Below, in pieces: positions 1-14,100 of a stretch of DNA of 64,000 bases (the first letter of the stretch is position 1; every line of letters starts with the position of its first letter). The translations under genes and the position numbers were made by a program. The notes below the pieces were generated by a model, which saw nothing but the letters and a program-made list of their open reading frames with translations, had not been told where the DNA came from and made no database searches. The DNA comes from the human T2T-CHM13v2.0 reference genome, Homo sapiens, in assembly GCF_009914755.1 (NCBI RefSeq), contig NC_060942.1; one strand, 5' to 3'.

Positions 1-2084
1 TATGGTGAAAAAGTAAATATCTTCCCATAAAAACTAGACAGAAGCATTCTTAGAAACTTGTATGTGATGTGTGTACCCAACTAACAGAGTTGAACGTTTC
101 TTTTGATAGAGCAGTTTTGAAACACTCTTTTTGTGGAATCTGCAAGTGGATATTTGTATAGCCTTGAGGATTTCGTTGGAAACGGGAATATCTTCATATC
201 AAAAGTAGACAGCAGCATTCTCAGAAACTTCTTTGAGATGTCAGCATTCAAGTCACAGAGTTGAACATTCCCTTCCATAGAGCAGGTTTGAAACACTCTT
301 TTTGTAGTATGTGGAAGTTGACATTTAGAGTGCATTGAGGCCTACGGTGAAAAAGGAAATATCTTCCCATAAAAATTAGAAGGAAGCATTCTCAGAAACT
401 TGTTTGTGATGTGTGTACTCAACTAACAGAGTTGAACCTTTCTATTGATAGATCAGTTTGGAAACAGTCTTTTTGTGGAATCTGCAAGTGGATATTTGGA
501 TAGTTTTAACGATTTCTTTGGAAACGGGAATATCTTCATATAAAATCTAGACAGAAGCATTCTCAGAAACTGCTTTGTGATGTCTGCATTCAAGTCAAAG
601 AGTTGAACATTCCCTTTCATAGAGCAGGTTTGTAACACTCTTTCTGTAGTATCTGGAAGTGAACATTTGGAGCGCTTTGACGCCTATGGTGAAAAAGGAA
701 ATATCTTCCCATAAAAACTAGACAGAAGCATTCTCAGAAACTTGTTTAGAATGTGTGTACTCCACTAACAGAGTTGAAACTTTCTATTGATAGAGCTGTT
801 TTGAAACACTCTTTTTGTGGAATCTACAAGTGGATAATTGGATAGCTTTGAGGATTTCGTTGGAAACGGGAATATCTTCATATAAAATCTAGACAGAAGC
901 ATTCTCGGAAACTTCTTTGTGATGTCTGCATTCAAGTCACAGGGTTGAACCTTCCCTTTCATAGAGCAGGTTTGAAGCACTCTTTTTGTAGTATATGGAA
1001 GTGGACATTTGGAGCGCTTTGAGGCCTATGGTGAAAAAGGAAATATCTTCCCATAAAAACTAGACAGAAGCATTCTGAGAAACTGATTTGTGTTGTGTGT
1101 CCTCAACTACCAGAGTTGACCCTTTCTTTTGATACAGCAGTTTGGAAACACTCTTTTTGTAGAATCTGCAAGTGGATATTTGGATAGATTTGATGATTTC
1201 TTTGGAAACAGGAATATCTTCATATACAATCTAGACAGAAGCATTCTCAGAAACTTCTTTGTGATGTTTGCATTCAACTCATAGAGTTGAACATTCCCTT
1301 TCATAGAGCAGGTTTGAAACACTCTTTTTGTAGTATCTTGAAGTGGACATTTCAAGCGCTGTGACGCCTACAGTGAAAAAGTAAATATCTTCCCATATAA
1401 ACTAGACAGAAGCATTCTCAGAAACTTGTTTGTGATGTGTGTACTCAACTAACAGAGTTGAACCTTTGTTTTGACAGAGCAGTTTTGAAACACTCTTTTT
1501 GTAGAATCTGCAAGTGGATATTTGGATAGCTTTAACGATTTCGTTGGAAACGGGAATATCTTCATATAAAATCTAGGCAGAAGCAATCTCAGAAGCTTCT
1601 TTGTGATATCTGCATTCAAGCCACAGAGTTGAACATTCCCTTTCATAGAGGAGGTTTGAAACACTCTTTTTGTAGTATCTGGAAGTGGATATTTGGAGCG
1701 CTTTTACGCCTGTCGTGAAAAAGGAAATATCTTCTCATAAAAACTAGACAGAAGCATTCTCAGAAACTTGTTTGTGATGTATGTAGTCAACCAACAGAGT
1801 TGAACCTTTCTATTGATAGAGCAGTTTTGAAACAATCTTTTTGTGGAATCTGCAAGTGGATATTTGGATAGCTTTGAGGATTTCGTTGGAAACGGGAATA
1901 CATATAAAAAGTGGCAGCATTCTCAGAAACATCTTTGTGATGTTTGCATTCAAGTCACAGAGTTGAACATTCCCTTTCATAGAGCAGGTTTGATACACTG
2001 TTTCTGTAGTATCTGGAATTGGACATTTCAAGCCCTTTCAGGACTATGGTGAAAAAGGAAATATATTCCCATAAAAACTAGACA
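1..2084 (+). repeat. Divergent alpha satellite, SF2 D1/D2 dimers (~171-bp monomers, 342-bp period), about 12 monomers
   Basis: Monomers start with CATTCTCAGAAAC every ~171 bp. B-type monomers (TTTCGTTGGAAACGGGA or decayed versions) alternate strictly with A-type monomers (TATGGTGAAAAAGGAAATATC). Spurious ORFs recur at 765/1107/1449, a 342-bp step. Confidence 0.96.
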
Positions 2085-2085
2085 G
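2073..2085 (+). repeat. L1 target-site duplication, left copy (AAAAACTAGACAG)
   Basis: Identical to 8107-8119. The last G is shared ambiguously with the L1 5' G run, so the TSD is 12-13 bp. Confidence 0.9.
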
Positions 2086-2991
2086 GGGGAGGAGCCAAGA
2101 GGGCCGAATAGGAACAGCTCAGGTCTACAGCTCCCAGCGTGAGCGACGCAGAACACAGGTGATTTTTGCATTTCCATCTTAGTTACCAGGTTCATCTCAC
2201 TAGGGAGTGCCAGACAGTGGGCGTGGGTCAGTGGGTATGCGCACCATGCACGAGCAGAAGCAGGGCGAGGCATTGCCTCACTTGGGAAGAGCAAGGGGTC
2301 AGGGAGTTCCCTTTCCGAGTCAAAGAAAGGGTGACGGACCCACCTGGAAAATCGGGTCACTCCCACCCAAATACTGCGCTTTTCGGACTGGCTTAAAAAA
2401 CTGCGCACCACGAGATTATATCCCACACCTGGCTCGGATGGTCCTACGCCCACGGAGTCTCGCTGATTGCTAGCACAGCAGTCTGAGATCAAACTGCAAA
2501 GGCGGCAGTGAGGCTGAGGGAGGGGCTCCCGCCATTGCCCAGGCTTGCTTAGGTAAACAAAGCAGCCAGGAAGCTCGAACTGGGTGGAGCCCAACACAGC
2601 TCAAGGAGGCCTGCCTGCCTCTGTAGGCTCCACCTCTGGGGGCAGGGCACAGACAAACAAAAAGACAGCAGTAACCTCTACAGACTTAAATGTCCCTGTC
2701 TGACAGCTTTGAAGAGAGCAGTGGTTCTCCCAGCATGCAGCTGGACATCTGAGAACGGGCAGACTGCCTCCTCAAGTGGGTCACTAACCCCTGACCCCCG
2801 AGCAGCCTAACTGGGAGGCACCCCCCCAGCAGGGGCACACTGACACCTCACATGGCAGGGTATTCCAACAGACCTGCAGCTGAGGGTCCTGTCTGTTAGA
2901 AGGAAAACTAACAAACACAAAGGACATCCACACCAAAAACCCATCTGTACATCACCATCATCAAAGACCAAAAGTAGATAAAACCACAAAG
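2085..2991 (+). promoter_or_regulatory. L1 5'UTR (internal sense Pol II promoter and antisense promoter region), YY1 site mutated
   Basis: GC-rich segment between the L1 start and the ORF1 ATG at 2992, matching the L1 5'UTR. The YY1 motif CAAGATGGCCG reads CAAGAGGGCCG at 2096-2106. Promoter activity cannot be shown from sequence. Confidence 0.85.
2320..2535 (-). pseudogene. L1 ORF0 remnant (antisense ORF in the 5'UTR), frameshifted
   Basis: The ATG at 2535 gives MAGAPPSASLPP, then an extra base near 2498-2500 shifts the frame to a stop after 21 aa. The ORF0 body (CSLISDCCASNQRDSVGVGPSEPGVGY...VRHPF) lies in another frame. Confidence 0.8.
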
Positions 2992-4004
2992 ATGGGGAAA
3001 AAACAGAACAGAAAAACTGGAAACTCTAAAACACAGAGCACCTCTCCTCCTCCAAGGAACACAGTTCCTCACCAGCAACGGAACAAAGCTGGATGGAGAA
3101 CATTGATGAGCTGAGAGAAGAAGGCTTCAGACGATCAAATTACTCTGAGCTACGGGAGGACATTCAAACCAAAGGCAAAGAAGTTGAAAATTTTGAAAAA
3201 ATTTTTGAAGAATGTATAACTAGAATAACCAACACAGAGAAGTGCTTAACGGAGCTGATGGAGGTGAAAACCAAGGCTCGAGAACTACGTGAAGAATGCA
3301 GAAGCCTCAGGAGCCGATGCGATCAACTGGAAGAAAGCGTATCAGCAGTGGAAGATGAAATAAATGAAATGAAGTGAGAAGGGAAGTTTAGAGAAAAAAG
3401 AATAAAAAGAAATGAGCAAAGCCTCCAAGAAATATGGGACTATGTGAAAAGACCAAATCTACGTCTGATTGGTGTACCTGAAAGTGATGGGGAGAATGGA
3501 ACCAAGTTGGAAAACACTCTGCAGGATATTATCCAGGAGAACTTCCCCAATCTAGCAAGGCAGGCCAACGTTCAGATTCAGGAAATACAGAGAACGCCAC
3601 AAAGATACTCCTAGAGAAGAGCAACTCCAAGACACATAACTGTCAGATTCACCAAAGTTGAAATGCAGGAAAAAGTGTTAAGGGCAGCCAGAGAGAAAGG
3701 TCGGGTTTCCATCGAAGGGAAGTCCATCAGACTAACAGCGGATCTCTCGGCAGAAACCCTACAAGCCAGAAGAGAGTGGGGGCCAATATTCAACATTCTT
3801 AAAGAAAAGAATTTTCAACCCAGAATTTCATATCCAGCCAAACTAAGCTTCATAAGTGAAGGAGAAATAAAATACTTTACAGACAAGCAAATGCTGAGAG
3901 ATTTTGTCACCACCAGGCCTGCCCTAAAAGAGCTCCTGAAGGAAGCGCTAAACATGGAAAGGAACAACCGGTACCAGCGGCTGCAAAATCATGCCAAAAT
4001 ATAA
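2992..4004 (+). pseudogene. L1 ORF1p (RNA-binding/chaperone protein), disrupted
   Basis: Starts ATGGGGAAAAAACAGAAC. ORF fragments 3093-3377 (coiled coil, ELREECRSLRSRCDQLEE) and 3663-4004 (ARREWGPIFNILKEKNFQPRISYPAKLSF). Lesions: -1 frameshift near 3054, TGA at 3375-3377, TAG at 3612-3614. Confidence 0.95.
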
Positions 4005-4067
4005 AGACCATCGAGACTAGGAAGAAACTGCATCAACTAACGAACAAAATAACCAGCTAACATCATA

Positions 4068-7896
<3,829 letters not shown>

Positions 7897-8106
7897 ACAA
7901 TGAGATCACATGGACACAGGAAGGGGAATATCACACTCTGGAGACTGTGGTGGGGTGGGGGGAGGGGGGAGGGATAGCATTGGGAGATATACCTAATGCA
8001 AAAAGCTGAGTTAGTTGGTGCAGCGCACCAGAATGGCACATGTATACATATGCAACTAACCTGCACAATGTGCACATGTACCCTAAAACTTCAAGTATAA
8101 TAAAAA
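7897..8106 (+). other. L1 3'UTR with G-rich polypurine tract, AATAAA (8099-8104) and vestigial poly(A)
   Basis: GGTGGGGTGGGGGGAGGGGGGAGGG at about 7949-7973; ends CCCTAAAACTTCAAGTATAATAAAAA. Confidence 0.92.
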
Positions 8107-8119
8107 AAAAACTAGACAG
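8107..8119 (+). repeat. L1 target-site duplication, right copy (AAAAACTAGACAG)
   Basis: Removing the L1 plus one TSD copy restores the normal monomer junction CCCATAAAAACTAGACAGAAG. The left boundary is ambiguous because it merges with the A tail. Confidence 0.9.
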
Positions 8120-11100
8120 AAGAATTCTCAGAACCTTATTTGTGATGTGTGTCCTCAACTAAGAGAGTAGAACCTTTCTTTTGATACAGCAGTTCAGAAA
8201 CACACTTTTTGTAGAATCTACATGTGGATATTTGGATAGCTTTGAAGATTTCCTTGGAAATGGGAATATCTTCATATAAAATCTAGAGAGAAGAATTCTC
8301 AGAAACTTCTTTGTGATGTTTCCATTCAACTCATAGAGTTGAACATTCCCTTTCATAGAGCAGGTTTGAAATACTCTTTTTGTACTATGTGGAAGTGGAC
8401 ATTTCGAGCACTTTGAGGCCTACGGTGAAAAAGGAAATACATTCCCATAAAAACTAGACAGAAGCATTCTCAGAAACTTGTTTGTGATGTGTGTACTCAA
8501 CTAACAGAGTTGAACCTTTTTGACAGAGAAGGTTTGAAAAACTCTTTTTGTAGAATCAGCAAGTAGATATTTGGATAGCTTTAAGGATTTCATTGGAAAC
8601 GGGAATATCTTCATATAAAATCTAGACAGAAGCATTCTCAGAAACTGCTTTGTTATGTCTGCATTCAAGTCACAGAGTTGAACATTCCCTTTCATAGAGC
8701 AGGTTTGAAACACTCTTTCTGTTGTATATGGAAGTGGATATTTCGAGCGCTTTCAGGCCTACGGTGAAAAAGGAAATATCTTGCAATGAAAACTAGACAG
8801 AAGCATTCTCAGAAACTTGTTTGTGATGTGTGGACTCAACTAACAGAGTTGAACCTTTCTTTTGATACAGTAGTTTGGAAACACTCTTTTTGTAGAATCT
8901 GCAAGTGGATATTTGGTAGCTTTAACGATTTCGTTGGAAACGGGAATATCTTCATATAAAATCTAGACAGAAACATTCTCAGAAACTTCTTTGTGATATC
9001 TGCATTCAAGTCACATAGATGAACATTCCATTTCATAGAGCAGCTTTGAAACACTCTTTTTGTAGTATCTGGAAGTGGACATTTGGAGTTCTTTGACACC
9101 TTTGGTGAAAAAGGAAATATCTCCCCATAAAAACAAGACAGAAGCATTCTCAGAAACTTGTTTGTGATATATGTAGTCAACTAACAGAGTTGAACCTTTC
9201 TATTGATAGAACAGTTTTGAAACACTCTTTTTGTGGAATATGCACGTGGATATTTGGACAGCTTTGAGGATTTCGTTGGAAACGGGAATACATATAAAAA
9301 GTAGACAGCAGAATTCTCAGAATCTTCTTTGTGGTGTTTGCATTCAAGTCACAGAGTTGAACATTCCCTTTCATAGAGAAGGTTTGAAACACTCTTTCTG
9401 TAGTATCTGGAAGTGGACATTTCGAGCGCTTTCAGGCCTATGGTGGAAAAGGAAATATCTTCCCATAAAATCTAGACAAAAGCATTCTGAGAAACTGCTT
9501 TGTTATGTCTGCATTCAAGTCACAGAGTTGAACATTCCCTTTCACAGAGCTGGTTTGAAACACTCTTTTTGTAGTATCGGGAACTGGACATTTGGAGCGC
9601 TTTGTCGCCTATGGTGAAAATGGAAATATCTTCCCATAAAAACTAGACAGAAGGATTCTCAGAAACATGTTTGTGATGTGTGTACTCAGCTAACACAGTG
9701 GAACCTTTCTTTTTACAGGGCAGCTTTGAAACACTATTTTTCTAGAATGTGCAAGTTGATATTTGGATACCTTTAATGATATCGTTGGAAACGGGAATAT
9801 CTTCATATAAAATCTAGACAGAAGCATTCGCAGAACCTTCTTTGTGATGTGTGTCCTCAACTAACAGAGTTGAACGTTTCGTTTGAATGAGCAGTTCAGA
9901 AACACACTTTTTGTAGAATCTGCAAGTGGATATTTTGATAGCTTTGTGGATTTCGTTGGAAACCGGAATATCTTCATATAAAATCTAGACAGAAGCACTC
10001 TCGGAAACTACTTTGTGATATCTGCATTCAAGTCACAGAGTTGAACATTCCCTTTCTTAGAGCAGGTTTGAAACACTCTTTTTGTAGTATCTGGAAGTGG
10101 ACATTTGGAGTGCTTTGATGCCTTTTGTGAAAAAGGAAATGTCTTCCCATAAAAACTAGACAGAACCATTCTAAGAAACTTCTTTGTGATGTATGTACTC
10201 AACTAACAGAGTTGAACGTTTCTATTTATAGATCAGTTTTGAAACACTCTTTTTCTGGAATCTGCAAGTGGATATTTGGATAGCATTGAGGATTTCGTTG
10301 GAAACGGGATTACACATAAAAAGTAAACAGCAGCATTCTCAGAAGCTACATTGTGATGTTTGCTTTTAAGTCACAGAGTTGAACATTCCCTTTCATAGAG
10401 CAGGATTGAAACACTCTTTCTGTAGTATCTGCAAGTGGACATTTCGAGTGCTTTCTGGCCTAAGGTGAAAAAGGAAATATCTTCCCATAAAAACTAGACA
10501 GAAACATTCGCAGAAACTTGTTTCTGATGTGTGTCCTCAACTAACAGAGTTGAACATTTCGTTTGACAGAGTAGTTTGGAAACACGCCTTTTGTAGAATC
10601 TGCAAGTGGATATTTGGAGAGCTTTGTGGATTTCGTTGGAAACGGGTGTATCTTCATATGAAATCTAGACAGAAACATTCTCAGAAACTGCTTTGTGATG
10701 TCTGCATTCAAGTCACAGAGTTGAACATTTTCTTTCATCGAGCAGGTTTGAAACACACTTTTTGTAGTATCTGGATGTGGACATTTGGAGCGCTTTGACG
10801 CCTACGGTGAAAAAGGAAATATCTTCGCATAAAAAGTAGACAGAATCATTCTCAGAAACTTGTTTGTGATGTGTGTCCTCAACTAACAGAATTGAACCAT
10901 TCTTTTTACAGAGCAGTTTTGAAAGACCCTTTTTGTAGAATCTGCAAGTGGATATTTGGATAGCTTTAAGGATTTCATTGGAAACGGGAATATCTTCTCA
11001 TAAAAACTAGACAGAAGCATTCTCAGAAACTTGTTTGTGATGTGTGTACTCAACTAACAGAGTTGAAACTTTCCTTTGAAAGAGCAGTTTTGAAACACAC

Positions 11101-14100
11101 TTTTTGTAGAATCTGCAAGTGGATATTTGGATAGCTCTGAGGATTTCATTGGAAACGGGAATATCTTCGTATATAATCTCGAAAGAAGCATTCTCAGAAA
11201 CTGCTTTGTGATGTGTGCTTTCAAGTCACAGAGTTTAACATTCCCTTTCATAGAGCAGTTATGAAACACTCTTTTTGTAGTATCTGGAAGTGGACATTTG
11301 GAGCGCTTTGATGCCAAGGGTGAAAAAGGAAATATCTTCCCATAAAAACTAGACAGAAGCATTCTCAGAAACTTGTCTGTGATGTGTGTACTCAACTAAC
11401 AGAATTGAACCTTTCTTTTGACAGAGCAGTTTTGAAACACTCTTTTTGTAGAATCTGCAAGTGGATATTTGGATAGCTTACAGGATTTCGTTGGAAACGG
11501 GAATATCTTCATATAAAATCTAGACAGAAGCATTCTCAGAAACTTCTTTGTGATGTGTGTCCTAAACTAACAGAGTTCAACCTTTCTTTTGATACTGCAG
11601 TTTGGAAACACTCTTTCTGTAGAATCTGCATGTGGATATTTGGATAGCTTGGAGGATTTCGTTGGAAACGGGAATATCTTCATCTAACCTCTAGACAGAA
11701 GCACTCTCAGAAACTACTTTGTGATATCTACATTCAGGTCACAGAGTTGAACATTCCCTTTCTTAGAGCAGGTTTGAAAGACTCTTTTTGTAGTATCTGG
11801 AAGTGGACATTTGGAGCACTTTGACACCTTTGGTGAAAAAGGAAATGTCTTTCCATAAAAACTAGACAGAAGCATTCTCAGAAACTTCTTTGTGATGTGT
11901 GTCCTCAACTAACAGAGGTGAACATTTCTTTTGATACAGCAGTTTGGAAACACTCCTTTTATAGAATCTGCAAGTGGATATTTGGATAACTTTGAAGATT
12001 TTGTTGGAAACGGGAATATCTTCATATAAAATCTAGACAGAAGCATTCTCAGAAACTGATTTTTGATGTCTACATTCAAGTCACAGAGTTGAACTTTCCC
12101 TTTCATAGAGCAGGTTTGAAACTCTCTTTTTGTGCTATCTGGAAGTGGACATTTGGAGCGCTTTGACGCCTATGGTGAAAAAGGAAATATCTTCCCATAA
12201 AAACTAGACAGAAGCATTCTCAGAAACTTGTTTGTGATGTGTGTCCTCAACTAACAGAGTTGAACCATTCTTATTGCAGAGCAGTTTTGAAACACTCTTT
12301 TTGCAGAATCTGCACGTGGATATTTGGATAGATTTAAGGATTTCATTGGAAACGGGAATATATTCATATAAAATCTAGACAGAAGAAGTCTCAGAAACTT
12401 CTTTATGTTGTGTGTCCTCAACTAACAGAGTTCAACCTTTCTTTTGATACAGCAGTTTGGAAACACTCTTTTTGTAGAATCTGCAAGTGGATATTTCGAT
12501 AGCTCAAACGATTTCGTTGGAAAGGGGATTATCTTCATCCAAAATCTAGACACAAGAACTCTCAGAAATTACTTTGTGATATCTGCATTCAAGTCACAGA
12601 GTTGAACATTCCGTTTCTTAGAGCAGGTTTGAAACACTATTTTTGTAGTATCTGGAACTGGACATTTGGAGCACTTTGATGCCTTTGGTGAAAAAGGAAA
12701 TGTCTTTCCATAAAAACTAGATGGAAGCATTCTAAGAAACTTCTTTGAGATGTATGAACTCAACTAACAGAGTTGAACCTTTCTATTTATAGATCAGTTT
12801 GGAAACGCTCTTTTTGTGGAATCTGCAAGTGGATACTTGGATAGCTTTGAGGATTTCGTTGGAAACAGGATTACATATTAAAAGTAGACAAGAGCATTCT
12901 CAGAAGCTTCTTTGTGATGTTTGCTTTTAAGTCATAGAGTTGAACATTCCCTTTCAGAGAGCAGGTTTGAAACACTCTTTCCGTAGTATCTGGAAGTGGA
13001 CATTTCGAGCACTTTCAGGCCTATGTTGAAAAAGGAAATATGTTCCCATAAAAAATAGACAGAAACATTCTGAGAAACTTATTTGTGATGTGTGTCCTCA
13101 ACTAACAGAGTTGAACTGTTCTTTTCATACAGCAGTTTGGAAACACTCTTTTTGTAAGAATCAGCATGTGGATATTTGGATAACTTTGAAGATTTCGTTG
13201 GAAACAGGAATATCTTCATATAAAATCTAGACAGAAGCATTCTCAGAAACTGCTTTTTGATGTGTGCATTCAAGTCACAGAGTTGAACATTCCCTTTCAT
13301 CGAGCAGGTTTGAAACACTCTTTTTGTAGTATCTGGATGTGGACATTTGGAGCGCTTTGAAGCCTACGGTGAAAAAGGAAATATCTTCCTATAAAAACAA
13401 ACAGAAGCATACTCAGAAACTTGTGATGTGTGTCCTCAACTAACAGAGTTGAACCATTCTTTATACAGAGCAGTTTTGAAACACTCTTTTTGTACAATCT
13501 GCAAGTGGATATTTGGATAGCTCTCACGATATCGTTGGAGACGGGAATAACTTCAAATAAAATCTAGGCAGAAGCACTCTCAGAAACAACTTTGCGATAT
13601 CTGCATTCAAGTCACAGAGTTGAATATTCCCTTTCTTAGAGCAGGTTTGAAACCGTCTTTTTGTGGAATCTGCAGGAGGATATTTGGATAGCTTTGAGGA
13701 TTTCTTTGGAAACGGGAATATCTTCATGTAAAATCTACGCAGCAGCATTCTCAGAAACTTCTTTGTGATGCGTGTCCTCAACTAACAGAGTTCAACCTTT
13801 CTATTGATAGAGCAATTTTGAAACACTCTTTTTGTGGAATCTGCAAGCAGATATTTGGATTGCTTTGAGGATTTCTTTGGAAGCGGACATTCATAAAAAA
13901 AGTAGACAGCAGCATTCTCAGAAATTTATGTCTGATGTTTGCATTCAACTCATAGAGTTGAACATTCCCTTTCATAAAGCAGGTTTGAAACACTCTTTTT
14001 GTAGTATGTAGAAGTGGACATTTTGAGCGCTTTGACGCCTATGGTGAAAAAGGAAATATCTTCCCATAAAAACTAGACAGAAGCATTCTCAGAAACTTGT

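Noticed and set aside
7949-7973. G-quadruplex-forming tract as a novel element
   Set aside because: Standard feature of young L1 3'UTRs.
7990-8100. L1HS (Ta/pre-Ta) assignment
   Set aside because: The diagnostic site reads GAG rather than ACA/ACG, and the element is too mutated.
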